DNA of 64,000 nucleotides from Nitrospirales bacterium. GTDB taxonomy: Bacteria; Nitrospirota; Nitrospiria; Nitrospirales; UBA8639. Below the pieces are notes generated by a model. That model worked only from the letters and a program-made list of their open reading frames with translations. It was not told the origin of the DNA and made no database searches. Below, in pieces: positions 9,225 to 20,069 of this stretch. A program made the position numbers and the translations under genes. Positions within the stretch are counted from its first letter, which is position 1; each line of letters begins with the position of its first letter. The stretch is from contig OZ245001.1 in NCBI GenBank assembly GCA_965223495.1, positions 3,735,833 to 3,799,832 on the forward strand, read 5' to 3'.

Positions 9225-10145
9225 TTATAACTTTCCGGCTACCACCTGCTGATAGTCCAATAAGGTATGGATTTTCTTCGCGATGTCCTGATATCTGGCA
9301 ACGGTAGGATTGGCGCCATCCAATATCGGCTCCCCTTTATCAAACGTCCGGGCAAAATTCCGATCGAAAGGAATCCGTCCAAGGAGAGGAATCCCCAATA
9401 CTTCACACATTGATTCGGTATCACCCTCAAAAAGTGGATTTTCTTCTCCACAAGACGGACACCGATACTGACTCATATTTTCCACGACCCCTAATATCTC
9501 AATGTTCAATTCCTGTGCATAGGCGATCGACTTTTGCACGACATTCGAGGCCACCTCCGATGGGGTTGTGACCACCACAGCCCCCGCCAAATCAGGAATA
9601 AGCCCGGCCAAAAGTGGGGGTTTGTCCGCGGCCGCTCCAGGAGGAAGATCAGCTAATAAATAATCTAATTCCCCCCAAGCCATGTCAGAAAGGAACTCCC
9701 GAATGACGTTCATTTCGGTCAGCCCCAACCACACAGGGCTCAGATCCATGGGTCCCTTCCACCGGACGGGAGCGTTCGCCTGCAGGAGAAAATCCATCGA
9801 GGCCACTTTAATGTTCAAAGGTCCCGTCGGGGGTACCGCCCCTTCCGGAGTATCGATAAGCCCGGCACCACGCATACCCAACATTTGCGGCACACAAGGC
9901 CCATTGATATCCACATCCAGCAACCCCACCCGTTGTTCCATGCGGGCAAAGGCCAGGGCCAAATTCACGGTGGTCATGCTCTTTCCCACGCCACCTTTAC
10001 CGCTCATGACGACGACTTTGCGGCGGATACCCTTCATTCGAGCCATCACCATTTTGGTCTGAGCCGAGATCTGCTCTACGACCTTGGCATCATCAGAATA
10101 GTGAAGGTTATTAAGGATAGTCTTGAGGTCTTTTTGTTGGCTCAT
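9225..10145 (-). CDS. mrp: Mrp/NBP35/ApbC family Fe-S cluster carrier ATPase
   Basis: SGKGGVGKS, DVDINGP, DLPPG and ENMS..CPSC motifs. Confidence 0.93.
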   Translation of the reverse strand: MSQQKDLKTILNNLHYSDDAKVVEQISAQTKMVMARMKGIRRKVVVMSGKGGVGKSMTTVNLALAFARMEQRVGLLDVDINGPCVPQMLGMRGAGLIDTPEGAVPPTGPLNIKVASMDFLLQANAPVRWKGPMDLSPVWLGLTEMNVIREFLSDMAWGELDYLLADLPPGAAADKPPLLAGLIPDLAGAVVVTTPSEVASNVVQKSIAYAQELNIEILGVVENMSQYRCPSCGEENPLFEGDTESMCEVLGIPLLGRIPFDRNFARTFDKGEPILDGANPTVARYQDIAKKIHTLLDYQQVVAGKL

Positions 10146-11014
10146 TGCAGCAACCTTATTTTCAGAAGATTTAGGGAAAAATACAGCAAATCACGGTACC
10201 ACAGCATTTTTTCCAGCGTCAAACAAGCTGGCCCCACAGCGAAGAAAGAAACCAGTCCACCACTTCTCCCTTTTCCACACATCCTCTTACCTTTTACCTT
10301 GGCCCTAAACTGTTTTTGTGGCCGACAAACTTCTACTGCAGGGTTCAGGGCAAAGAAGACGAAACCCGAGATCCTCCCATTATATGGGGGAATGGTTAAT
10401 CAATACCTGGGACTCTTTCGTTCGAGAATCCCCAGGGGAGTGAAGGGGGTTTTCCTCCTCAAGGTTTTGGAAAGCAAAGTACAAAGGGACCTCAAGAATA
10501 GCTCACCATTTTTCATGCTCCCTGGGGGGGAAACGCACAAGCTTGGGACCTCTATTATTTTGGGAAAAAACGCTACCCTTGAAAAACGGAATCCCAGAAT
10601 TGATCTTGAGCCATCTTCATGATGTGGGAGCTAAGTCAAAAGAACCTCCTCCAAAAAAGGAGTCGATCATTTTGGGCAGTTAGGAAAGATTTCCCAGAAG
10701 AGCTGATGGAAAAAAGGGGGCCACATACGACTCAAAAACTTTTCCTCCACCCCATCTATGACTTTTCTCGCATTAGGTATATAATGCCCTGTTTTTTATT
10801 CATTTAAGGGAAAAAATAGATGAAAATAGAGATAAAAGTCCTTATCCTCTTTCATCAAAATGGATTTCCTGAATTCCTACCGTCCGTCGATCTAAAACTC
10901 CCCTCTTTACCCATCTTAACCTGAAAGGAGGTCCCACTCATTTAATGGGCCAAATAACACATCTCGGAATTATTCATACCGTGCACACCATTCATTCAGA
11001 AGGGGAAATGGGCC

Positions 11015-11854
11015 ATGAAGAAAACCCAAAGAGGATTCGTGCATCGATTCATGATAAGCGGTTTATACCTTGGAATGTCCTTGTTGGGTTCCCAGGCCAT
11101 GGGAGCCAGCTATCAAATGGATTTTTGGACGTTGTCGCAAACGCAGAATGCCGTAGACACCACGATCGCCGGTCAACCCCTAACCAACATTCAAAAAATT
11201 ACCGAACCACCTCTCGTCACAGGAACGTTTTCCATCGCCGATCATGCCTTAGGGACTCCCCATGCCTTCATCCCACTCAACTCGAGTGATTTCCTTTTTT
11301 TCTCTGCCACATTTGGCGGAAATACCTTTGAATTGCCCGATGATGTCTTGATCACGGATTTCTTGGGGTATCCGTTAAATCGCCAACTGGGCATCCGCTT
11401 AGATAACGAGGGACAGGTTCAACGTTTTGATATTCCTTTATTTTCCACGTCGAACTCGGGATATATTTACGACGATGAGTCAAGTAGCTTCCCGAATCCT
11501 TCCTTAACACTCTGGGATCGAGACCCCTTCGGAGGAGAATCCTACTTCGTCCAGGAGGGAGATGGGTGGCTGCTCTTACCGGCCGGCACGGCCTCGACAC
11601 TCGGTTTGGTAGACATTCCCCTGAATCAGCAAACGGTGATCCTCCCAGCCGGAGTACCCCTTCTCTCCGGCTTGGTTCATGATTGGCGAACAAACCGGGT
11701 TTTTGGAACTGCCACCAATGGCGTCTTTCGCATTACCGAAATGGCCAATCCGCCGGGCTCCGCTCCCATTCCCGAACCTTCCACGTTCCTTCTCTTCGGA
11801 TCCGGTCTCGGCGGAGTGATCCTTTGGCGGATTCGGAGGAAGCGGCAGCTCTAG
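11015..11854 (+). CDS. Secreted PEP-CTERM surface protein
   Basis: Signal peptide; C-terminal IPEPSTFLLFGSGLGGVILWRIRRKR. Confidence 0.92.
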   Translation: MKKTQRGFVHRFMISGLYLGMSLLGSQAMGASYQMDFWTLSQTQNAVDTTIAGQPLTNIQKITEPPLVTGTFSIADHALGTPHAFIPLNSSDFLFFSATFGGNTFELPDDVLITDFLGYPLNRQLGIRLDNEGQVQRFDIPLFSTSNSGYIYDDESSSFPNPSLTLWDRDPFGGESYFVQEGDGWLLLPAGTASTLGLVDIPLNQQTVILPAGVPLLSGLVHDWRTNRVFGTATNGVFRITEMANPPGSAPIPEPSTFLLFGSGLGGVILWRIRRKRQL

Positions 11855-11949
11855 AGATCACGTGCAGGGGCTTTGACAAGCCGCCCACCCTTCCTGGGTG
11901 GGCGGCGTTGTTCAACATCAAGAGGAGGGGGTCATCAAACGCGAACGAT

Positions 11950-12282
11950 TTAAACCAGGGTCGCCCGAGGGGCCGCTTTTTTCACGGCCTGTATGCCCTT
12001 TTTCATGCCCTGGGCCGACGCGTAAGGCTGACTGGTTCCAATAACCTTGGAATTTCGGGCCTTCAGCACAAAATACGATTTCCCATTTTTCGTGGTTTTC
12101 GCTTCATAGCAAGAGTCATCGGTTGCGTGGTTTCGAACAGATTGGGTGGCCCGTCGAGCCGAGGATCGCAGAGCATACCCTTGACTGGACAGAATGATTT
12201 CTCCACTTTGTACTTTCAGACGAAAATAAAATTTGCCATTCCTTCCTGTGAATACTTCAAACCGATTAGAACTGCTCCCCAT
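11950..12282 (-). CDS. yegP: YegP/DUF1508 family protein
   Basis: Two FYFRLK...GEIILSSQGY-type repeats. Confidence 0.9.
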   Translation of the reverse strand: MGSSSNRFEVFTGRNGKFYFRLKVQSGEIILSSQGYALRSSARRATQSVRNHATDDSCYEAKTTKNGKSYFVLKARNSKVIGTSQPYASAQGMKKGIQAVKKAAPRATLV

Positions 12283-12413
12283 GTGAAACCTCCTTGCTTG
12301 ATGTGTAAATGATGGTGAACCTCTCTCGCACCCCTTTGCCTGCGGGATTCAGTGGTGGTCATCTCGAGTCGTAAAGAGCGTCCTTTTGGAATTGCTCCAT
12401 TCTATATTTATTT

Positions 12414-12707
12414 TCACGAATAGTCTTGTAGGAGAATCGTTCCAAGAAATTGCAACCGACGGAAATATTCCATCGTAGTATCCTGTAAATCCGAGAAAAT
12501 CCCATCTAATTCGGCCATGCAATCTCGTAAAATATCCACTCGTTGGTCATCCAACTCATGTTCTTCAAAAAAATACGTGACGCAGCCACAGATGACCGTA
12601 TCCAGCGTCATCAATTGGCCTTCATGGCCACCCAAATCCTCGGGCCAATCCGCAATTTGATGAACCTGCCATACTTCGTCAAACTTTTTTCTATCAGAAT
12701 CTGTCAT
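12414..12707 (-). CDS. Conserved hypothetical protein
   Basis: Coding-like ORF in an operon with neighbours (LMTLDTVICGC). Confidence 0.7.
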   Translation of the reverse strand: MTDSDRKKFDEVWQVHQIADWPEDLGGHEGQLMTLDTVICGCVTYFFEEHELDDQRVDILRDCMAELDGIFSDLQDTTMEYFRRLQFLGTILLQDYS

Positions 12708-12842
12708 GGTCAGGTGTTGTTCATTGGGAAAGTGAGTCGGCAAAAAAAAGGAACGGATTTTCACACACCGCCAAGGCCCCCAGTTCCTCTTCCTGATGGG
12801 CTCCGTCTCGGTCTTTCACCTTACCGGCTTCTTCGACTGACT

Positions 12843-13232
12843 TCAATCCTCCTGCCCCCACCCTAAGGCGTCCAGGAGAAGCACGGAAAGGGAACATAAC
12901 ACTAATCCCCATATACGATAATCCACGGGTTCCCGCTCCAGGCACCATTTCACCACGCGCAATCTCCACAGATCAGACCCGGCATACAAGAACATCCCTT
13001 TGGCTATCATACTGCAACCGACCACAACCCAAATCGGTTGATAGGGTTTGTTCCAGCTTCCGATGATCAACAGAATTCCTAATATCGCGGCGAATCCTCC
13101 CCATTTGATAAAACCAGGGGAGGCAATCACGGATTGGCGTAACGTCGCAATCATGCGTTCGGGTGCCACAATGAGTGCGACTCCATCAACCATCCACAAT
13201 CCAGCGATGCAATACAAGAACATCATCAACAT
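12843..13232 (-). CDS. Small multi-pass membrane protein (DUF2065-like)
   Basis: Four hydrophobic segments; DGVALIVAPE motif. Confidence 0.7.
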   Translation of the reverse strand: MLMMFLYCIAGLWMVDGVALIVAPERMIATLRQSVIASPGFIKWGGFAAILGILLIIGSWNKPYQPIWVVVGCSMIAKGMFLYAGSDLWRLRVVKWCLEREPVDYRIWGLVLCSLSVLLLDALGWGQED

Positions 13233-13304
13233 TCGTGACTACCCCCAGCCGCAAGGGCAATCCGTGGGGTCCTACAGAATATTTGGTTTATGTGGGGGGT
13301 CTGG

Positions 13305-13910
13305 TTAAAGATACCGAGGATTGGTGGCTTCACCCTGAGCATCCACGTCATACACCAACGGGACTCCTGTGGGAATATTTAATTCCAGGACCGCTTCACG
13401 AGATAACTGTTCTAAATGCATGACTAAGGACCGCAGGCTATTTCCATGGGCCACCACCAAAACCGTTTTTCCTTCCATTAAGGCGGGTTGAATTCGAGAT
13501 TGAAAATAGGGCAGCACTCTTTCGGCCGTATCCTTCAGACTTTCACCTCCAGGAGGTTTGACATCAAAACTCCGCCGCCAGATCTTGACCTGTTCCTCTC
13601 CAAATTTCTCAATCGTATCGGCTTTATTCAAACCCTGTAAGTCTCCATACATCCGCTCGTTCAGGGCTTTATTCTCTTCGATGGGTAAATCGGTTTGATT
13701 GATCCCTTCAAGAACTAAACGCAACGTATGCTTGGCCCGATTCAGCACCGAGGTAAAGGCACAGTCAAATCGAAAGCCTTGCAGTTTTTTCCCGGCTTCT
13801 CGAGCCTCCTCTTCCCCTTTAGGAGACAAGGGGACATCAACCCACCCGGTAAATCGATTTTCCAAATTCCACTGAGATTGGCCATGACGAATAAGCACTA
13901 ACTGCGGCAT
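13305..13910 (-). CDS. gpmA: 2,3-bisphosphoglycerate-dependent phosphoglycerate mutase
   Basis: [25 protein letters not shown] and AHGNSLR motifs. Confidence 0.97.
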   Translation of the reverse strand: MPQLVLIRHGQSQWNLENRFTGWVDVPLSPKGEEEAREAGKKLQGFRFDCAFTSVLNRAKHTLRLVLEGINQTDLPIEENKALNERMYGDLQGLNKADTIEKFGEEQVKIWRRSFDVKPPGGESLKDTAERVLPYFQSRIQPALMEGKTVLVVAHGNSLRSLVMHLEQLSREAVLELNIPTGVPLVYDVDAQGEATNPRYL

Positions 13911-13987
13911 GTTCTGTTCTCTCCATTACCAGAAAAGTGAAAGATTAAAGCTCGAACCGCCAACGGAAATTCCCCAGTTGCGGGCCC

Positions 13988-15076
13988 ATGGCCCGGAACA
14001 CCGGGAGATACCCTCAAGCTGCCTACCTCCCAATCAGAGGGGGGTACATAGCTCAGCCAGGACACACGCTGGGCCCCAAGAGGGGTGGAAGAAGTTTGAT
14101 CCTGTTCCGGATTTACAAATTCGGACTTCCGATTCACCCCCCAGGAGGGAGGCTTGGGTACCATGCTGGATTGAGAAACTTGCTTTGCCTTTCGGCGAAC
14201 CGTACCATGACGGCAATTTGGCTGGACCGGGTGCTCCTGATGGCGACCGACGACACGAAATGGAAACAATTTGCGGAATGGTGGACCGTCTTGGCACGCC
14301 GGCAAGGGGTCGCTAATCGAACCGAACGATTTTTTCAGCATGGCCTGGGGCCACACCGGGCCTTGGAACGAGCCGCCCAAGAAGGAGGCGATCTGGATTA
14401 TATTCTGTTTACCCTCATTCGGCATTGGATCCCTCCCGTCCTCCCCCCCCAGGGTCAGGAACGAACTGCCAAGCATGATTCGGATTACTGGCTGGAATCT
14501 GAGCGTATCTTAAAAGCGGCCGTGGTCCGTCTCCGCGAATTGAAACCGGTCATTGACATGCTCACCGCCCCCAGCCCCCTGGATATCCCCGATTCCTCGC
14601 CCCGGCCAGAGGTGGAAGTCGAATTGGCCAATATGGTGGAAGGCATTGCGGAGGTCGTGGGCGCCTATGGTGGACCCGATTATACCTCAATTATCAAAAA
14701 TTTTGACCCCATTCCGTTGCGACAGACCCAACCGTTTAAACACAACAAAAAGCACAGCGCGGAATTATGGGTGGTGTTTCTCCTTCGTGAACATTTCCGT
14801 CATTTAGGATTGGGGAAAGACCGAGTCTGGAAATTAATTGCCCAGCTTATTGAGGCCGCGGAGATTTTTCAATCCGACGAACAACCCACCACCCCTGGAG
14901 CCTTAAAATCTTGGTGGACCAAAAATTGGCCCCGAACGTATACCCTGTTAACGGAAAAAGGTGAGCAGGGCGATGCCAAACACACCGCGTACCAATCGGA
15001 CTACGAATGGTTTCAAACGTGGTTTAATTGGCAATCCACCGTTGCCCCTCATCGCCTTCCCTCTTCAGGTTCTTAA
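13988..15076 (+). CDS. Hypothetical protein (true start may be further downstream)
   Basis: Long ORF divergent from gpmA; no recognised motif. Confidence 0.7.
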   Translation: MARNTGRYPQAAYLPIRGGYIAQPGHTLGPKRGGRSLILFRIYKFGLPIHPPGGRLGYHAGLRNLLCLSANRTMTAIWLDRVLLMATDDTKWKQFAEWWTVLARRQGVANRTERFFQHGLGPHRALERAAQEGGDLDYILFTLIRHWIPPVLPPQGQERTAKHDSDYWLESERILKAAVVRLRELKPVIDMLTAPSPLDIPDSSPRPEVEVELANMVEGIAEVVGAYGGPDYTSIIKNFDPIPLRQTQPFKHNKKHSAELWVVFLLREHFRHLGLGKDRVWKLIAQLIEAAEIFQSDEQPTTPGALKSWWTKNWPRTYTLLTEKGEQGDAKHTAYQSDYEWFQTWFNWQSTVAPHRLPSSGS

Positions 15077-15400
15077 AGCGGTTGCCCCCCATCCTCCAGA
15101 TATTTCGGGGAAGTTTCCCAATCCAACCATCACGGTGTTATGCCATTTACACACTCGCCTTTTATATTTTACATGTGAATTTTTCTAAGACCCCCCACTA
15201 TCACCGTTCAGTAACACATACATTTCCTCGGGAATAAAGACTTTCTCCAGACACCTCGATCCGGTTAAATTTGGTGATAGGAACACCCTAAATAAGGGGG
15301 ATAAAATTATTTTTTTCATTCTGATTTTTATTATGTCGTCTAACCCGGTAGAGTGTTGTTCCGAGAGATCATGCCTTTTTAAAAGGACCTCAAGATGCCC

Positions 15401-16096
15401 TTATTCATTGGAAAGATTTCTTGTTCCTCTCTCTTCATTACCTTCCAAATTTTCTAGATTTTCTATGGGAAATTCCACTCCCCCTGCCATAAATAAAAGA
15501 TTGCCATAAAAAAAATCCAGGACAGCTCCCAACCAAAATACATATGATTGAACTCCCCCTTCCTCCCGAATTAGTTGTGCTTTCTCCTCATTTGAATGGA
15601 CAGTGCTCCCCATGATGCGGGTAACGGCGTCTTTCATATGCCAAAAATAAAGAAAGTTTGCACTTAGTCCAGCTAGGATACGAGACACCAAAACTACATA
15701 GATATCTTTAGTATAAAAAACTGCTAAAAGAGGGAAAATGAAATAGAACCCTGCAAACATATACATTTTTCGGTAGAGAAACCAGATAAATGGTTGAAAA
15801 ACTGCTGCCGGCCAATTCCAGCTTAAAGAAAATCGGGGACCCGCCGGAGTTTCCAATTGTGCGAATTTTTCACGGAAATACAAAAAGGCTGGACGCCACA
15901 GCCACCCCGTTTTTAGGGAAAATTGAAGGGACTTACTTGGGCCAACGAACGCTTCCCACACCTGAAGCGGCGTCGGCTCGGAAGGAGGAGCCTCAGACTG
16001 ACTTGTGGATGAATCTTGAACTAAGGCCTGCCCACATTGAGAACAAAAATTTGCATCCGTGGGGTTGTCTTGGGAACAGGAAGGACAGGTTGGCAT
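15401..16096 (-). CDS. Zinc-ribbon + DUF2628-like membrane protein
   Basis: CxxC..N...ANFCxxCG; SWNWPAAVF...WFLYRKMY. Confidence 0.82.
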   Translation of the reverse strand: MPTCPSCSQDNPTDANFCSQCGQALVQDSSTSQSEAPPSEPTPLQVWEAFVGPSKSLQFSLKTGWLWRPAFLYFREKFAQLETPAGPRFSLSWNWPAAVFQPFIWFLYRKMYMFAGFYFIFPLLAVFYTKDIYVVLVSRILAGLSANFLYFWHMKDAVTRIMGSTVHSNEEKAQLIREEGGVQSYVFWLGAVLDFFYGNLLFMAGGVEFPIENLENLEGNEERGTRNLSNE

Positions 16097-16202
16097 TGTG
16101 AACGGTTATAGCATCCCTACCATACTCACACAAGATCTGGGGAAAGACCGGATCTTGGGGATAGTTGGGTGTTCCGGATAATCCGGCACAAGAGGAAGCT
16201 GA

Positions 16203-16880
16203 TTAACAGACGAAAGGCTGAATCTTCCCGAGCGATTGATATTCATGGTACAGCTCTTTATAGATCCGTTGTTTCAATTCCATGAGAGAGGGCGAGGAGT
16301 CTTGAGCATCCTTCCCCATCCACTGTATGCCACAATGGCGGCATTGCAGGGGGATGGGATCTGAAGGAAGGACTTGATCCCGACCGACGAGACGTTTCAG
16401 GCATTTCACACAAAAGGGACCCTGTATCATCGTCGCCATGTATTTTGGCTCCACCTCCTCGAGAACAGTCGATCCCAAACATTCCCAAATTCTATCGTTA
16501 AGGGTGAATCGAAGACCATGCCGGACAATGGCCCGGGGGCGAGGGAACCTCCTATTTGGGGAAGGCTCGAGGACAGGATCAACGGTTTCCAATTTGATCA
16601 AACGGCGATCGATATCTTTAGAAAATAAAAGGTGTTGAGAAGCGAATTGAGTGGCGGCTTCCAGAGAGGCTAACCTGGTCTCCACTTCCACCTCCCTTTG
16701 CTCAAGATGGTTCTCCAAGCGACGCATCTCCTCCTGAGAGGACGCCCGTAAACTTTGTCGCACACCACATCGAAGCTTTTCCCGGAAAGGTCCAAATGAC
16801 CTCCCATCCCTCCACCAAATCCCCAAGGCACCGGCCATGACCAGCAATAGAATAATGAGAAGAATGATGAGTATATCCAT
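16203..16880 (-). CDS. Hypothetical membrane-anchored protein with C-terminal CxxC pairs
   Basis: N-terminal TM, coiled coil, CVKC...CRHC. Confidence 0.7.
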   Translation of the reverse strand: MDILIILLIILLLVMAGALGIWWRDGRSFGPFREKLRCGVRQSLRASSQEEMRRLENHLEQREVEVETRLASLEAATQFASQHLLFSKDIDRRLIKLETVDPVLEPSPNRRFPRPRAIVRHGLRFTLNDRIWECLGSTVLEEVEPKYMATMIQGPFCVKCLKRLVGRDQVLPSDPIPLQCRHCGIQWMGKDAQDSSPSLMELKQRIYKELYHEYQSLGKIQPFVC

Positions 16881-17150
16881 AGCCTTTTCACACAGCGTGC
16901 GCCCTCATGAACCCCATCGAGAGCGAGATATCACAAATGGCGAGAGTCCTATTCCTCCAAGGTTGGTTTATACCACATTTGATACCGTTGATACCGTGCT
17001 ATTCGCCCCTTTTTACCGGGGACAGACTAGACCCACATGCGTTTTTTCGATATGGTTTCAAGAAGGAGACGTGGTATCCAGTTAGGTTATTGACAGTCTA
17101 CCTAATTTTATCAGTCCTCCCTAATCTCAAATCGAAACTTCATCCCATTC

Positions 17151-17813
17151 ATGGCTGAGGCCGACGAGACCCCATCCAACCCCGACTCCCCTCATCTCGA
17201 CAAGGATCGTGCGGTCCTACTGGAAACCCACCGTTCCTGGCAGCGGTCCCGGCCCAATGACCGTTCTCTTAAACACCCGGTCAACCCTACCACCCCGACA
17301 GATCGCCAGGACTTTTTTCAATTCGCCCAACGCAACGCTGATTTTCGCCATCAAAACCTGAGAAATGCGAATTTTCAAGATGCTTCTCTTCCAGGAGCGG
17401 ATTTTGAGGGAGCCGATCTTCGGGGAGCCAATTTTCGAGGAGCCAATCTTCGGAGTGCTCGTTTTATCCGAACACAACTGGCTTGGGCCGATTTTTCCCA
17501 AGCCGACTTGATATGGGCAGATTTTCGGGAGGCAGAACTGAATGGGGCCCGGTTGCACGGGACCACCCTTCGGGGGACATCTTTCGTTCGCTGTCATTTA
17601 AGGGAGGCCGACTTTACGGGTGCAGATTGCTCCTGGGGAGATTTTCGAGAAGCGGATCTAGGCGAGGCCTCGTTTCAAAACGCCAACCTGATGGGTGCGA
17701 CACTCATTCAAGCCCAAACGAGCACCACAAATTTTGAAGGGAGTCATGGAACCCCAGACTCCCCTCAATCTGCCGACGGTTCGCCCTCCAAAGACGATCA
17801 GCTTTTTTCTTAG
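17151..17813 (+). CDS. Pentapeptide repeat protein
   Basis: Many A(D/N)(F/L)xx repeats. Confidence 0.92.
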   Translation: MAEADETPSNPDSPHLDKDRAVLLETHRSWQRSRPNDRSLKHPVNPTTPTDRQDFFQFAQRNADFRHQNLRNANFQDASLPGADFEGADLRGANFRGANLRSARFIRTQLAWADFSQADLIWADFREAELNGARLHGTTLRGTSFVRCHLREADFTGADCSWGDFREADLGEASFQNANLMGATLIQAQTSTTNFEGSHGTPDSPQSADGSPSKDDQLFS

Positions 17814-17915
17814 CCAGGGTATTTTCCGTTTTCCAGCTTCCTTACAGCCCCGAAATCGTAAAACCCCGTCTGGATTCCTGGAAACCTTGGATCTTATCGG
17901 TTTCCAAAAAACCGT

Positions 17916-19526
17916 TTAGGCGGATCCGGAATGATGAAAGTAGGCTCGCAAAACTTTGTTCCGTTGAGGTTCCCGTAATTTGGCCAGCGCCCGTTCTTCG
18001 ATTTGCCGAATGCGTTCACGCGTGACCGAAAACTCATGCCCGATTTCTTCTAAGGTGGCATCTTCCAATTCTCCAATGCCAAAGCGTCGCCGAATAATAT
18101 GAGCCTCCCGTGGCGTCAGGGTTTGCAGCAGATCGGTGACTTTCTCTTGGAGATCCACCCGTTCAGCCGAATAGCTCGGGGAAATCGCTGATGCATCCTC
18201 AAGGATATCGGATAGATGGGCACTCTCTTCATCGCCCACCGGTGTTTCCAGAGACATCGACCCTTTGGTCACATCCAACAATCCGGCAAGTTTTTCAACC
18301 GGAATCTCCACCACTCCACTCAGCTCTTTCATGTTGGGTTCTCGTCCCAATTGAACAGCTAAGCGGTCCAAGGAGCGTCGAATTCTGGTCATGGCATCAC
18401 ACACATGAACAGGAACCCGAACGGTTCGGGACTGATCGGCTAACGCTCGGGTGACGGCTTGTCGAATCCACCACGTGGCATAGGTACTAAATTTATACCC
18501 GCGCTGATACTCGAAACGATCCACAGCCCGCATCAATCCGATATTGCCTTCCTGAATTAAATCCAATAAATCGAGACCTCGGTTCACATATCGTTTGGCC
18601 ACACTCACCACCAGCCGAAGATTCGCCTCCAACATCGCCTGTTTGGCCCGATGGAGGCATGACTGGGCCTTGTCTAAGCGTTCAACATGTTTCAAAAAGT
18701 CCGTATAGGGCATATGAAGAACCTGTTCTTCCAGGTATTGGAGCCGTTCTATCCCTTCCTGGTTGAACGAGGGCCCTTTCACCCCTCCCTGGCCAGGATC
18801 TCGATCGGCCAATCCCGAGGATTTTTGCCGTTTGGATTGCCCCTGACTCAACAGGCGGATGTCTTGTGGGGAGAAACCTAGGCGCCCCAACACTTCTTCG
18901 ATTTGCTGTCTCACCGCCCGGATCCGCGACTCAATATCCAGAAAAAAACCTGGATGCCAATTCCCCTCTTCCAACAGTTGAAATAGTGTATCCCTCTCCC
19001 GAGCAATGCTCGGAACCGAACCTTTTCGGGATTTTCGGGACTGTTTGGCCGAGGTATTCACGAGAAAAGTCACGCCATCACACAATCGCTGAAGCTGCTC
19101 GAGAACGCGCTGATGAAAATCTTCGTCCTCGTTTTGATCGGATAATTCGAATTCGACTTCCGGTTCTAAGACAAGCTCTTTGTCCTTTTGGATAAATTGT
19201 CTGGCCGGGATTTCACCCTGGAGGAGTCGTTGTCGCTGAGTTTCCAAATATTCCCGAATCATGGGTAAGGAAAAAAGGGCTTCGATCAGCCCTCGTTTCG
19301 CTTCCTCAATTTTTTTGCACAGACGCACTTCCCCATCTCGATCAAGCAACATCACTTGCCCAATTTCCTTCAAATACAAGGGCAACTGCTGGTCGCTCAT
19401 TCCCGCCTGGCTTCCTCCTCCAGGGCCACTCCTAGGGGGCTGCTTTGATGGGGGGGCTCCTTTTTTTACATTCTCCATTGACTCATTCCATAACGACTGT
19501 TCCACCAACCTCGATGGGATCATCAT
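17916..19526 (-). CDS. RpoD-like sigma70 factor lacking region 1.1
   Basis: Region 1.2 (LYLKEIG); region 2 ([13 protein letters not shown]...[34 protein letters not shown]); region 4 ([17 protein letters not shown]); AAGGGAGG RBS before 19526. Confidence 0.93.
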   Translation of the reverse strand: MMIPSRLVEQSLWNESMENVKKGAPPSKQPPRSGPGGGSQAGMSDQQLPLYLKEIGQVMLLDRDGEVRLCKKIEEAKRGLIEALFSLPMIREYLETQRQRLLQGEIPARQFIQKDKELVLEPEVEFELSDQNEDEDFHQRVLEQLQRLCDGVTFLVNTSAKQSRKSRKGSVPSIARERDTLFQLLEEGNWHPGFFLDIESRIRAVRQQIEEVLGRLGFSPQDIRLLSQGQSKRQKSSGLADRDPGQGGVKGPSFNQEGIERLQYLEEQVLHMPYTDFLKHVERLDKAQSCLHRAKQAMLEANLRLVVSVAKRYVNRGLDLLDLIQEGNIGLMRAVDRFEYQRGYKFSTYATWWIRQAVTRALADQSRTVRVPVHVCDAMTRIRRSLDRLAVQLGREPNMKELSGVVEIPVEKLAGLLDVTKGSMSLETPVGDEESAHLSDILEDASAISPSYSAERVDLQEKVTDLLQTLTPREAHIIRRRFGIGELEDATLEEIGHEFSVTRERIRQIEERALAKLREPQRNKVLRAYFHHSGSA

Positions 19527-19610
19527 TCCTCCCTTGTAAGAATTGTCGTGATTTCTTCCCTTCCTTAACGTGCCATACAAAAATCTTCTCAGGTCAACAG
19601 GCCCAAAATG

Positions 19611-19626
19611 AGCAAAGCCAATGCCA
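19611..19626 (-). promoter_or_regulatory. sigma54 (-24/-12) promoter of the sigma70-family gene
   Basis: TGGCATTGGCTTTGCT = GG-N10-GC. Confidence 0.72.
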
Positions 19627-20069
19627 TATCACCCGCCTCTTCACATAGGAATACTTTGGTGTTCGTTAACGCCAACTACGCTTCTTTGGTAAAAAAACGT
19701 TTTTAGGGCGAGTGAAAAAATTGAAGAAATCGTCGGAGGAATTTACGGATAGGGGGCCTTTATTCCCCAAACGCGGTCGGTCCCCTGATTTTTTTTGGGA
19801 TTTTTATGCAACGATCCGTCGGCAAAACCGACAAATCAACCAGGAAACACGACGACGAGGCCAAACGTCCTTCGAAAGGATGCTCACACGGCACCATACG
19901 TTCACGTGAGGTACTGCTAGAGATTTCTTGGCATGAACATGAGATTTTGTTACAGTCGATTCGTTTTTTTTCGCGCAGGTTCTCCTTCAATGGGTTCTCC
20001 CTCTGACCCCAGCCCCCAAGGCAAGACATAACCTCAAAACAACCACATGGAACCGAAACGGGAAACGAT

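Noticed and set aside
9885-10622. 245-aa plus-strand ORF
   Set aside because: It is antisense to mrp and runs into low-complexity intergenic DNA, with no motif.
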